Below are positions 50,804 to 61,526 of a stretch of 64,000 nt of DNA, piece by piece (within the stretch, counting starts at the first letter, position 1; each line of letters starts with the position of its first letter). Both the position numbers and the translations under genes were made by a program. Source of the DNA: Nitrososphaeria archaeon (GTDB lineage Archaea > Thermoproteota > Nitrososphaeria > JACIWG01). The stretch covers positions 32,001-96,000 of the forward strand of contig CAVVXT010000012.1 in the NCBI GenBank assembly GCA_963752255.1. The letters are read 5' to 3'. Under the pieces are notes generated by a model. It was not told the origin of the DNA. It did not search any database and was given only the letters and a program-made list of their open reading frames with translations.

Positions 50804-52147
50804 TTGATGAAGACTGAAGCTTACCTTCAGTGCATAATACCAAGCTGTGGAAAAAAATACGACACCAAAGGAATAAGAACGACCTGCGATTGTGGCAACC
50901 TTCTTGACGTAAAATATAAGGGTAGGTTTTCAAGAAGGTTGAAAGGTAAATTTTTTCAGAGAAGGAACCCGTTAGGTAACATTTTCAATGAAAGCGGCGT
51001 GTGGAGGTTCAGGGAACTCATCAACTTTACAGGATTTGATTCTGAAGATCACGAAAATTACAGTAAGGTCTTCGTGTCGTTCGATGGCGCAGAAGGGAGG
51101 ACAAGACCTTATCAGATGACGAAGGTCGCAGAATACGTTGGAATGCCTAAAGAAAACGTCCTCTTTCAGCCTGAGGGACTTAATCCCAGCGGCTCCTTCA
51201 AAGATAACGGCATATCCACAGGTTTGACTCATGCGAAAATGATAGGGGTTAAGGAAGTAATATGTGCTTCAACAGGAAATACTTCAGCCTCTCTTGCGAT
51301 GTACGCGGCGAACGAGGGTATTAGAGCTGGAATATACATTCCGAAGGAAGAGGTTGCACCGGGGAAGCTTGGTCAGGCTTTTCAGTTTAATGCAGACGTA
51401 TATGAAGTAATAGGTAACTTCGATGACGCTCTCCAAGTTGTTCTGGAGAAGGGAAGAAGGGGAGCGTATGTTATGAACTCTGTTAACCCGTTCAGGCTAG
51501 AAGGCCAGAAGACGATGGTCTACAGGGTGCTGGAGTACCTTAACTGGGAGCCACCTGATTGGCTTGTGTTCCCCCGCGGAAACATGGGGAACTGTTCGGC
51601 GTTTGGAAAAGCGGTTATTGAACTTTATGAATGGGGATGGATAAAGAAGAAGCCGAGATTTGTTTCCGTAGACGCCGAAGGTTCTAAAACCTTCTTCACT
51701 CTCTTTAATGGTCTGCACAATGGAGAAAAATTGAGGTGGAACAATGGAGAGGTTGATGAAGAACTGATAGAAGATTACTATAATTATTTGGATAGAAGAG
51801 GGGTGAAGCCTAGGACAAACGCTACGGCGATACAGATAGGAAGACCTGTAAACATCAAGAAAGGTCTAAGAAGCCTAGATTTCACAGATGGAATCTCGGT
51901 GGAAGTTAGTGATAAAGAAATGGAAGACGGTGTAGCTGTCGTCGGTAGCAACGGATTCGATTGTGAACAGGCTTCAGCCGCATGTATTGCAGCGATAAAA
52001 AAACTTGTTAGAGAAGAGACTATAAAGAAGGATGATATGGTTGTCGGCATCCTAACTGGCAGGCTGAAGGACCCGCAGATGATTGTGAACTATCACGCAG
52101 ACAAAGATAACCGATTCGCTAACCCTCCTAAAACAGTAAAGACCTGA
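50804..52147 (+). CDS. thrC: Threonine synthase
   Basis: NPSGSFKD (PLP lysine), CASTGNTSAS, NSVNPFRLEGQKT and an N-terminal Cys cluster. Confidence 0.94.
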   Translation: MMKTEAYLQCIIPSCGKKYDTKGIRTTCDCGNLLDVKYKGRFSRRLKGKFFQRRNPLGNIFNESGVWRFRELINFTGFDSEDHENYSKVFVSFDGAEGRTRPYQMTKVAEYVGMPKENVLFQPEGLNPSGSFKDNGISTGLTHAKMIGVKEVICASTGNTSASLAMYAANEGIRAGIYIPKEEVAPGKLGQAFQFNADVYEVIGNFDDALQVVLEKGRRGAYVMNSVNPFRLEGQKTMVYRVLEYLNWEPPDWLVFPRGNMGNCSAFGKAVIELYEWGWIKKKPRFVSVDAEGSKTFFTLFNGLHNGEKLRWNNGEVDEELIEDYYNYLDRRGVKPRTNATAIQIGRPVNIKKGLRSLDFTDGISVEVSDKEMEDGVAVVGSNGFDCEQASAACIAAIKKLVREETIKKDDMVVGILTGRLKDPQMIVNYHADKDNRFANPPKTVKT

Positions 52148-52189
52148 AGACAACATTGTTGATTTGCTTCTTGGAATCTACTGTTGCAG

Positions 52190-53149
52190 TTACTTGTTGA
52201 CCATCCTAGCACCTACGCCAGCTTTTGTGATGTAATAAGACGCTTCAACGTCAGCCCTGTTAAAGGCTTCGCACATTGACTTGCCTATCTCCGAACCATC
52301 GCAAACACTGTTGTCAAAGAATGCAGCCATGCTTGGACCAGCACCGCTGATTGTCACACCGAGGGCGCCAGAACCTGATGCAGCCTCCTTGACATAGGAG
52401 TACCCTGGTATCAGCTTTGATCTTGCAGGTTCAACTACCGCATCGCTGAGTGCGCAGCCGAAGAGCTTTAGATCTTTTAGAAATAAAGCAGCCACTAAGG
52501 CGGAAGCGTTACCTACGTTGTGAACAAGCTGTGTCAGTCCGATTGATTTTGGTATGACAGCTCTAAACTGCTCCGTCTTCTTTGCACCATAGGACACTTT
52601 GGGTGAGGAGATGCATATGCCAAGATGTTTAGGGGGATCAACTTTAATGACATCCATGGGTGTGTAGGACCTGACTATAGTGAAACCCCCTAACAGAGAT
52701 GCTGAAACATTGTCAGCATGGGGTTTACCAGCAGACACTACTTCCCCTAATGAAGCGTACCTGACAAGAGCGTTCTGGTCCAAGTTTAAAGAAAAAAGCA
52801 AATTCAAGCCAAAAGCTACCGCAGAAGCTGATGCAGCACTACTTCCCATCCCCATGCCCACCGGTATCCCCTTGACGACTTTAACGTCTAAACCCCTTGT
52901 CAAATGAAAATCCCTCGCCATCGTAGACGCGACAATTCCAGCAGTGTTACCTTCCAATTGAATAGGTATCCTGTCGGAGTCTATTCCTTCTACAGAAACC
53001 GTCAGCCACTCCCCTCCGACAGATATGGTAACCTTATCTTTTGGCGAGACTAATGCTAACGCAAAAACATCGAAGCCCGGGCCGACGTTGGCTGAAGATG
53101 CCGGTGCTTCGACAATTATCTTGTCTTGCTCAAACTGTAACGCGGGCAT
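52190..53149 (-). CDS. thrB: Homoserine kinase
   Basis: PASSANVGPGFD, GMGSSAAS, HADNV, ISGAGPS. Confidence 0.95.
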   Translation of the reverse strand: MPALQFEQDKIIVEAPASSANVGPGFDVFALALVSPKDKVTISVGGEWLTVSVEGIDSDRIPIQLEGNTAGIVASTMARDFHLTRGLDVKVVKGIPVGMGMGSSAASASAVAFGLNLLFSLNLDQNALVRYASLGEVVSAGKPHADNVSASLLGGFTIVRSYTPMDVIKVDPPKHLGICISSPKVSYGAKKTEQFRAVIPKSIGLTQLVHNVGNASALVAALFLKDLKLFGCALSDAVVEPARSKLIPGYSYVKEAASGSGALGVTISGAGPSMAAFFDNSVCDGSEIGKSMCEAFNRADVEASYYITKAGVGARMVNK

Positions 53150-53222
53150 TTATTTCTCCCAATTTAAAATAGGCATCATATTTAAACTTGCACGTGCTTA
53201 TATTTGTAATCGACGATAGATA

Positions 53223-53816
53223 CTATTTCTTATCTTTAAGTATAAGAGATGAAAGATTTGGGTATTCCGAGACAAATCTTATTCTATACGTGAAGTCAGG
53301 TTTTATCTGGTTAGACTGCTGTATAGCCCTTTGAATTTCCGTCTCATCTAGGCTTGTGTCAGCGATAAGGTTTTCAATAGAAGACTTAATCTGCAAGGAG
53401 ACCTGTTCGCTAAGCCTTTCCTTAGAAAAATATTTTAGAACATCTTCGATTACGGCGATCTTTCCTAAAATTTCAACCTTTTCCATCGGTTCTTTGAACG
53501 CTTCCTCGGCTAAAACCTGCAACCTTATCTTTATCTGAGCCAGTTCTCTGAGTATGACGATTATTTCGTCTTCTAGCCTTATCAATTCGTAAGAAGAAGA
53601 AGCCCTCTGAAGGTCGTTTAATGTAGATACATCATGTATCTTGTTCAGGGAATCAAACAGTCTATCTACGCACTTTGTGGCATTCTGGAGATGTGCGATT
53701 ATATCTTCCTGTAGCTGTGAATATTTTTCAGGTAACTTCTTTTCTAGGACGAATTTCCTATTTCCGGCTACAAATATCGATAAGGTTTTGAGAACTTCAA
53801 TTGTGTCCTCTATCAT
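53223..53816 (-). CDS. Hypothetical helical protein
   Basis: 197-aa ORF with coiled-coil-like composition; no motif recognised. Confidence 0.6.
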   Translation of the reverse strand: MIEDTIEVLKTLSIFVAGNRKFVLEKKLPEKYSQLQEDIIAHLQNATKCVDRLFDSLNKIHDVSTLNDLQRASSSYELIRLEDEIIVILRELAQIKIRLQVLAEEAFKEPMEKVEILGKIAVIEDVLKYFSKERLSEQVSLQIKSSIENLIADTSLDETEIQRAIQQSNQIKPDFTYRIRFVSEYPNLSSLILKDKK

Positions 53817-53910
53817 CGATTATATCGCGCGGATATGCTTTAATAATCTTTATAGCCAAAGTTGATGAAAAAAATCTCTCCACTAACAGATATTGAGAGC
53901 GAACTGTGGC

Positions 53911-54819
53911 TCAAACTCCAACGCCTAATCTTTCAGCCACCGTTAGGTAAAAGCCAGCTAACCCCTTCCATTTACCCCACTTGCTGGCTGTTACACGTGC
54001 TTCCTTGCTTGAAATCTCTGCATCACTAAAGTAATAGTGTGAAATGGACCTCCTTAACCCAAGGTCATCTGCAGGAATAGCATCGAATCTATGCATTCCT
54101 CGTAGTACTGTTAGCTCAGCAGTCCACAATCCGATACCCCTTATCTTATCTAGCTCATCAATGATTTTTTCTGTACTTTCAAAGTCATTGAACTTTTCTA
54201 GATCTAACTCATTACTTGCTATGGACTTTGATATGCTGTTAATGTATTCTGCCTTCCTCATGCTCAAACCGCATTTACGTAGCTGTCCAAGACTGGCATA
54301 AGCCAGTCTTTGTGGTCTTGGATAAGAATAAAAGACTTCGCCGTCGACCTCCAAGGGATCGCCAAATTTAATTATCAAGTCTCTCTGTAGGCCATGAGCT
54401 ACTTCTAGGGAGATTTGTTGTTCAATTATCGAATCTATTAGCGCTTCGAAGACAGTGGGGGTGGCTGGGCTCTTTAGACCCTTAAGTCTTTCGATTATTC
54501 CACTCATCGTTTTATCCCCTTTCACGTCCTTATAGAACAGTTTAAGGTCCAGATCCAAGTTAAAAATAGAACGTACATTCTCCCGAGCTGTGTCGATTTT
54601 TATATCATCTGTATATCCAGATTTTAGTTCGATTGACAACTTCGGCTTATCAACAGAACCTAATGATCTGACGATAATGAGCACTAAATGATCTTCAAAT
54701 CGCAAGGCCTGCCAAAATCTTTCACCTTCATATTTACGTATACGTCTATCACCGTATGAAAAGATCTTTGAACTGAGGTCGAAGTCAAAAGGGGGAACCG
54801 AGTCTATAATAATCTCCAT
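53911..54819 (-). CDS. alkA: DNA-3-methyladenine glycosylase II (HhH-GPD)
   Basis: FEALIDSIIEQQIS, IRGIGLWTAE (HhH), PADDLG. Confidence 0.9.
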   Translation of the reverse strand: MEIIIDSVPPFDFDLSSKIFSYGDRRIRKYEGERFWQALRFEDHLVLIIVRSLGSVDKPKLSIELKSGYTDDIKIDTARENVRSIFNLDLDLKLFYKDVKGDKTMSGIIERLKGLKSPATPTVFEALIDSIIEQQISLEVAHGLQRDLIIKFGDPLEVDGEVFYSYPRPQRLAYASLGQLRKCGLSMRKAEYINSISKSIASNELDLEKFNDFESTEKIIDELDKIRGIGLWTAELTVLRGMHRFDAIPADDLGLRRSISHYYFSDAEISSKEARVTASKWGKWKGLAGFYLTVAERLGVGV

Positions 54820-54939
54820 AGCTTACTTCCTATTCAACCATTAACCTTAGTTAAGTATAAAAAATTTAAAAAAAAACCCATCATTGACATAGGAATAAAG
54901 CAAAAACTTGGAGAGTCCCTAATGGCTGCTGAACCGAAA

Positions 54940-55368
54940 TTACAGGAAGTTCAGCCTCGATGCATATCTTTCAGCCTGCTGACAAATTCGGCCAGATTCT
55001 AGGTCCTTTTCTTCTGGTATATCAATACCGAACTTATTCATCAAACAACTTCGGATATACTTTTCAAGAGTGTAAGAGCCGATGCCAAACAGCATATGTA
55101 AGGCTTCATGAAATTTGTTAATGTTGGATGGAATCTCCTCCCTAGTCAACCCATAGTCAGCTTCTGCAAAATAGTACACCGACTTCTTTACATTAACTCC
55201 TAAGATGGAGAGGGCTTCATCGATAGCCTCTAGAACCATGTTGTCTGTCGCAGACAGCCCCCCTTCCTTCAAGTCAGCATCCTCCAAACAAGTATAAGAT
55301 AACCCCCTTTCTTTCTTCATATTGATTTTCTCGAAAAGAGGCAAATGTGGAAACTTGTTCGGTTCCAT
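54940..55368 (-). CDS. Small archaeal signalling-associated domain protein (DUF3227/NitrOD-like)
   Basis: VLEAIDEALSILG...YY...EIP...FHEALHMLFGIGS..LEK pattern. A likely +1 indel near 55000 alters the tail. Confidence 0.6.
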   Translation of the reverse strand: MEPNKFPHLPLFEKINMKKERGLSYTCLEDADLKEGGLSATDNMVLEAIDEALSILGVNVKKSVYYFAEADYGLTREEIPSNINKFHEALHMLFGIGSYTLEKYIRSCLMNKFGIDIPEEKDLESGRICQQAERYASRLNFL

Positions 55369-55428
55369 TGTGATGCATCAGTGTTGCTTTAGTTGACCAT
55401 GGGATTCCATCGCAAAATTTATCTAAGC

Positions 55429-56389
55429 TTAAAGTTTCACCATCCTTAATTTACCTAAAACGAAATCAGGGGCCAATAGGTTACCTGAGACAACTTCAAC
55501 GCCATATGATCTAAATACTTTATCGCCGGCACAAAAATCGATCCTGACCTTATCATATACCATAGATGTGTCCGAAATAAAAGCAAAGAGCTGAGCTTGT
55601 TCGCTGAAACTGATTATTCCATTCTCTTCCGACGTTGTCCCGAAGTAGCACGTTCCAAGCTCTTCAGCTTCTGCGACAAATGAACTTATCGGATCACATG
55701 TAAGGAGGACTATAGTGTTATTTCTGAACTCTATCGCGCTCTTCTTAAACTTTCCCATAGCATCTGCTATCTCTTTACGTATCCAGACACCAGAATGTCC
55801 TCCTTCATCTCTACTGGCGAAGCTCGTCATCAGTGACACATCTAAGGGTGGAAGAAGGGTGAACTCAGTATTATCTTTCAGGAAGTTGATTTCATTCATC
55901 GCATAGAAGGCCTTACTGCTATCAATTGAAGAACGCTGAACTCCAGTTTTGGTATTATATCCCATCTTCTCTATCTCCAACATAGCGAGCCTTGGCACCG
56001 CAAATATGAGATTTTTCAGAGTTGGACCGAGAAAGTATGACAGAAGCTTTGAACAATATCGGCTACTGATGAATCCAATATCAGGAACCAAGTATTTGTA
56101 GCTCATCTTCGAAAGAAAGAATTCTTTCCAGTCTGGGGCTGTTATAAGCTTTCCCCACCTTTTCTCCTGGAAGAAAGGTGGTTATCCTAGAAGGATCATA
56201 TACGTTGAAGAATTGGGTGTTAAGGCCCAGTTCCTTCTGAAACTTGACACTCCTGGAAGCATCATCGTATTCCCAAACCTTATCTTGGTCCCTGTAGGCG
56301 CGTATGACAAGAGACGCGTTTTGGAGCTTTGCATTGAAATCTAATGCTTCTAAAAGCTCTGAGAACTGCTTCCCCTCTACTACGCTCAA
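55429..56389 (-). CDS. PIN-like domain protein (ORFs 56081..56389 and 55429..56106, possibly one frameshifted gene)
   Basis: LVPDIGFI...VPRLAMLEIE...IRKEI...LLTCD spacing resembles PIN acidic motifs. The two ORFs overlap by 26 nt. Confidence 0.45.
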
Positions 56390-56887
56390 ATTCCATCAGA
56401 AAGATGTAAAAGTGCCATAATATAATCTTTGACCAACACTTCGACCCTACCTTATTAGGACCATCTTCTTGAATTCTTCGACAGCCCTCAGGAAGGATAC
56501 ATCCACCGGAACATAGTCCTTGTCGATCTGCTTAAACATCTACCTCCATATGGCCTCTACGACAAAAATAAACTTGGAGCATAGGCAAAAAAAGAGCCAC
56601 AAGGAAGTCTTCAAACTCCTCCGAATGCTCGCAGACCTTAAAGAATTGCAGGGTATGCTTTCGAGTGAACTGTATTATTATTGTTGCGTCAAATATGACA
56701 ATTTATCAAGTGATGGCTGATGATGAACGCTGATGATATTTATTTGATGATAGCCGATGATTATGACTACGGAAGGTGTTGACCCTGACGGCAATCTGAC
56801 AAAACAACATATTGACAAAGCCCCAGAAAAAGACCTCAGAATATGATTGTTTAACGCCTTTCCAACATATTAAAGATATATTTGAAT

Positions 56888-58139
56888 TCAAACCCTTTTC
56901 CGTAAAGGAAGTGTTATTATGAACTTTGAACCCTTTCCAACACTACTTCCCACGGTTATACTTCCACCATGCGCCTCTACCAGTCTTTTACATATTGCAA
57001 GCCCTAATCTTGTACCCTTTGATTTAGTAGTAAAGAATGGCTTGAAGAGTTTTTGTAAATTCTCCTCAGATATACCCACACCTGTATCTTCAACGCTAAC
57101 TATTCCTTCTTTTTCAGTGTTCGACATTTTTATTTGTAGATTACCTCCCTCAGGCATAACTTTGATAGCGTTCGTGATCAAGTTAGTAAACACCCTTGCC
57201 ATAAAGGCTGAATCAATAAATACTTCAGGGAAACCGTCTTGAACGTCAATTCTAAACGTGATATTATTAGGGATTTCAATTGTTAAAATAAGTGAGTCTA
57301 GAAGCTTCGGCAAGTTTGTTGAGGCAAAAGCTGGTTTAAGAGATCTTGCATAATGGAAATTTAAGGACAGCTTGGACACTTTCAAATAAAGTTAAGAATT
57401 CCTTCGATCTTTGTTGTGCCTCTTTTAAAGCAACTTCAAGGTTTTTTTCAGCAACTTTTCTTATTGTTATATCTCTTGCATAAAAGTTAACGTATCCCTT
57501 TTAAAGCACCAACTTCACATAAAATAGATACGTTCTTGAATTGTGTTCGATCCCAACACTCTTAACTTCTTCACTTTTACTAACTTCCAAGATCAAGTTC
57601 TTCCAGAAATCTGATGCATAGTATCCTACCTCCCCTACCATGCCCTTAAGCAGTTCTTTGGTGGCTCTGTTCTCATATAGTACTGCGTCATCAATTCCTA
57701 GGCGAAAAACTGGATTTGGGTTTTCTTCCGGAAAACTTGCATGGTCCTCAATTTGTTCTTCTGCTACCTTTTCCTTTGTTATATCATATAAAGTGATTAC
57801 CGATTTGCCATCCCTAAGCATTTTCATTTCTGTTTTCACATATCTCAATTCACCATCCTGACTAGATATACGATAAATTGATGGACCACCTCCTTCAGCT
57901 AAATGCCTTCTAAAAGCTGTATACACATTCTTTTGGTCTCCCTCAACTGGAAAAACCTTGGCTATCGTATCCTTTACGTTCTTGATTTCATCCAGATTGC
58001 AGCCAAGGATTCGACCGGATTTAGGGTTAGCATATATAATATCCTCATCCTTTCCGACTAAAATGATACCATAAGGTACAGTATTCAAGATGGATAGAAG
58101 GGTTCTTCCTATTCCAACCTTCTTTGCGATTTCAGCCAA
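56888..58139 (-). pseudogene. PAS-PAS sensor histidine kinase, inactivated (nonsense codon plus loss of the HisKA region)
   Basis: PAS motifs (YANP, ENPNPV, DITK). After an in-frame TAA at 57501 it continues KGYVNFYARDIT. HATPase_c boxes are NLITNA, DTGVG, FFTTK, LGLAIC; no H-box is seen. Confidence 0.8.
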
Positions 58140-58271
58140 CTACAAACGGCTTTCGCAAATGTAGTGTTTCCTTATATACTTTGACTTACGTTTGTAATCA
58201 GCAAGGTTTATTTAAGCAATAAACTTCTCATCACTAGATTGACTTTCCAATGTGAGTCACAGTGAAAAGTA

Positions 58272-60143
58272 ATGGCCAATTACACTCTGTTGGATGCAAA
58301 ATATGATGGTAATGTAGTCAGACTATTTTATCTCTCTGATAAAGGTAAAATTGAGGAGTGGAATGAAGGAATAGAATATCACCCCTACTTCTACTCCCTT
58401 GAAGATTCTGATACACTAAGCGAAGTAAAAGATCTGGGCTGTAAGATAACCCCGGACAGGAAGAAGGAGCTTTTCTCAGATAAAGAGCTGGGATATTATA
58501 GAATCGTTGGAAAAGAAGCAGCACTCGAAGAAGCGAGACGGGTTTTAAATAAGGTCTGGGAAGACGATCTCCAAGTTGAGGAAAAATATGCCTTTGATAA
58601 AGGTATAAGGTTCGGCGTTACATACGGCGATTTCGGTGAAAGTTTTCGACCAATCGGCGTTGATGCTAAAGTTTTCGAAGAAACTTTCGGTGATCTTATG
58701 GATTCAGACTCGATAAAATACGATCTTGCCAAGAAATTCTTCAATATTATTGAGCAGCCACTTCCTGATATACCAGAGGAAGTCTCAAAACGTTACAAAT
58801 ATGATAAGGATAGAATGCTTCAAGCTTTATATCTTTCACGGATTACCAATAGCCCAATAACTTTTAGAAACGCTCCTCCAAGTAACTTCATTAAAGCATT
58901 GTACTACCTATACCTGAAGAGCGAAGGGTATGTAATTCCTAAACCAGAAGAGTTCGCACGCGGTGAGAGTCCTAGAGGTATCTACGGGAAAGCAGCGTTG
59001 GTGATGACACCTGAGAAAGGTATATTCTTGAATACCTATGCTCTTGACTTCGAGTCACTCTACCCGAGTTGTATTGATGTCTATAATCTATCACATGAAA
59101 CAGTAAATTGCGAACATCATGAATGCCTGACAAATAAAGTACCTGAAGAGCAACATCATATCTGTACAAAAAGAAGAGGGAAATATTCCACTTTGATTGG
59201 GACGCTCAAAGACCTCAGAATAAGATATTACAAAAAGAAAGGAAGAGAAGGAGAGCCGAACGCAAAGGTCATTTCTGAAGTCCTAAAGATGATACTGGTC
59301 ATCTGCTATGGTGTGACGATAAGGATAAAAGGTCTCGCGAACCCCGCGCTTGCTGAATCTATAACAGCATACTCCAGAAATGCACTGAAAACCGCATGGA
59401 AGTTTGCTCTCGAACAAAACCTAAGACCTATCTATGGAGATACGGATTCCCTTTTTGTTGTAAACCCTTATGGTAAACAGCTGCAAACGTTGATTAACAG
59501 GGTAAGGAATGAGCTCAGGCTCGACCTTGCTATAGACAAGAATTATAAGGTCTGTGTCTTCTCATCCGCTAAGAAGGCGTACCTTGGGATATACGAGAGT
59601 GGTAAGATCGATCCTAAGGGCCTTGTAGCCTTCAAGTCGAACACACCAAGATTTGTCAGAAACGTGCTTGAGGAAACAGCGATGGAGCTTGCCAAGATAA
59701 ACTCTCAGGATGATATAGTAGATGTCCGGAATAGAGTATACAGGATATTGGAAAGCAGGGATAAAGATCTTCTTGAGAAGAGGTTTGAGGTCAAAGATAT
59801 GGAATTTAATGTTATACTACATAAGAAGCCTTCAGAAATAGCTAGTTCAAACGTATTCGCCCAAACCTATCAGTGTGCGATTCAGATGATCGATTCCGGA
59901 ATCGATTTGAGAAGAGGCCAAGTTATAACCTTTGCAAAGGTAAAGGCCTTTAACTATCGAGGGAAAAAATTTACTGTTAAGCCAATAGACTTCGTTAAGA
60001 AGGAAGAAATCAACATAGCAGATTATGTATCTAACTTGTACAGCATGATGGGCCAGATATTGGAGCCCTTGGGGATAAGTAAACGTGACACAGAGAAAGG
60101 ATACGATACCCTTACGAAATGGTTTAAGAATGTAACGAATTAA
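58272..60143 (+). CDS. polB: Family B DNA polymerase, PolB1-like, lacking the 3'-5' exonuclease domain
   Basis: DFESLYPS, KMILVICYG, YGDTDS, KKAY. N-terminus is PolB1-type, length is only 623 aa, and there is no ExoI DxE. Confidence 0.9.
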   Translation: MANYTLLDAKYDGNVVRLFYLSDKGKIEEWNEGIEYHPYFYSLEDSDTLSEVKDLGCKITPDRKKELFSDKELGYYRIVGKEAALEEARRVLNKVWEDDLQVEEKYAFDKGIRFGVTYGDFGESFRPIGVDAKVFEETFGDLMDSDSIKYDLAKKFFNIIEQPLPDIPEEVSKRYKYDKDRMLQALYLSRITNSPITFRNAPPSNFIKALYYLYLKSEGYVIPKPEEFARGESPRGIYGKAALVMTPEKGIFLNTYALDFESLYPSCIDVYNLSHETVNCEHHECLTNKVPEEQHHICTKRRGKYSTLIGTLKDLRIRYYKKKGREGEPNAKVISEVLKMILVICYGVTIRIKGLANPALAESITAYSRNALKTAWKFALEQNLRPIYGDTDSLFVVNPYGKQLQTLINRVRNELRLDLAIDKNYKVCVFSSAKKAYLGIYESGKIDPKGLVAFKSNTPRFVRNVLEETAMELAKINSQDDIVDVRNRVYRILESRDKDLLEKRFEVKDMEFNVILHKKPSEIASSNVFAQTYQCAIQMIDSGIDLRRGQVITFAKVKAFNYRGKKFTVKPIDFVKKEEINIADYVSNLYSMMGQILEPLGISKRDTEKGYDTLTKWFKNVTN

Positions 60144-60455
60144 ACCTTATTCACTTTTTTAAAAGAATATGACTTTTTATACGATTCTACACTTAAAGGG
60201 GATATAGAAATTCATGATTAATTGATTTCGGATGATGGAGAAGCAACTAAGAAAAAGAATTCTAACTCTTACCACGTTATATGGTCTTTAAAAGAAAGGT
60301 AACGATAGATGGGTAAACAAAAATAAATGACAATATTTAGTACTTACATACTGAAACACGGTTTCATTTTCAATTAATTAACTATCGTCGGGAAATAAGA
60401 TAGTTGAAATAAAGATTCGACATGGTTTTTAATAGCATTGTTTAGAGCTTGGAAT

Positions 60456-61526
60456 CTATGCGAACCTGCTGCGTGCATTAATCGGCCAGATAGCTTCTAT
60501 TTCAGAGTCTCTAATCGCATAGAATTTATCGTGAAGGTTCACAGTAGTGCATATATGGCTAGGATATAGTTCTATAATATCCCCGACTCTAAATCTGTTT
60601 TTGGTTCCAAGATTTAAAACTCCATGTTCATCACTTGAAACCCGGCATTCTACCTCTCCCATACCCTTTACCTGAGGCATTCCGGAATCGGTTGAGCAAG
60701 CTTTCGTACCGCAATCAACGACAACTCTATCTGAAGAGGAAATACTAATTACTCTTGATAATACTGTTACGGCCATATCAAACTCTGGGGCAGCGACCTT
60801 GTATCTCCAATCCATTAGAGCATAGGAACCGGCTTGAACTTCGTCTAGGACGTTAAATTCGTACTTGTATGTTCCAGTTCCCGCACCGCTTACAACTTCA
60901 AGGTAGATACCGGCGTGTTCAAAGTCTTCTCTAAGAACTTTTATTTGGTCTATAACTTTTTTTACTTCTTCCATTTTCTTATCTTTCCCTATCGTATGTT
61001 CGGCCATTTGCAGGTGACCATCATACGCTTGAATGCCTTTTAGTTTCACACCCTTTAGCGAAGAGATCGCCTTAGCAAGATTCAATGTTTCCGAAGGTTC
61101 GACGCCACACCTGTTCATTCCAACGTTCACTTCTATTAAAAGACCCATCTGTTTATTCTTCCTTTCAGCCGATCGAGAAATAAGTCTGATGTTTTCTATA
61201 TCATCGACTAAACACTTGATTTCAGAAAAGTTCAGAAGGTTGACCATCTTTTGAATCTTGGACTCTTGAACTATCTGATTTGTAAGAAGGATTTCACGGA
61301 CACCTGCGTTTACTAAGACTTCCGCCTCACTTAGCGTTTGACAGCAAACACCGGAAGCTCCATATTGTAATTCTCTCCAAGCTACCGCAGTGGACTTTGG
61401 TGTCTTGAAATGAGCCCTTAACTTCGTTTTCTTTCCTGACAGCCATTCTTTCATAACCGTCAAATTCTTTTCCATAAGGTCCAAGTCTATCATAATAGCG
61501 GGTGTTTCGATATCTGCTATCTTCAA
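60456..61526 (-). CDS. DSD1-family PLP-dependent enzyme (D-threonine aldolase/D-serine dehydratase-like)
   Basis: ETPA, RAHFKT, RCGV, AYDGH, GAGTGT, EVQAGSY, DEHG, PSHICTTVN. Confidence 0.9.
   Translation of the reverse strand: MKIADIETPAIMIDLDLMEKNLTVMKEWLSGKKTKLRAHFKTPKSTAVAWRELQYGASGVCCQTLSEAEVLVNAGVREILLTNQIVQESKIQKMVNLLNFSEIKCLVDDIENIRLISRSAERKNKQMGLLIEVNVGMNRCGVEPSETLNLAKAISSLKGVKLKGIQAYDGHLQMAEHTIGKDKKMEEVKKVIDQIKVLREDFEHAGIYLEVVSGAGTGTYKYEFNVLDEVQAGSYALMDWRYKVAAPEFDMAVTVLSRVISISSSDRVVVDCGTKACSTDSGMPQVKGMGEVECRVSSDEHGVLNLGTKNRFRVGDIIELYPSHICTTVNLHDKFYAIRDSEIEAIWPINARSRFA

Noticed and set aside
56447-56539. 30-aa minus-strand ORF MFKQIDKDYVPVDVSFLRAVEEFKKMVLIR with GGAGGT upstream
   Set aside because: An in-frame stop immediately precedes the ATG. 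It may be the tail of a decayed gene, and I cannot support it as an independent CDS.
58272-60143. PolB as marker of a casposon, provirus or other self-synthesising element
   Set aside because: It is a cellular PolB1-type rather than protein-primed enzyme, and there is no cas1, integrase, capsid gene or terminal inverted repeat nearby.
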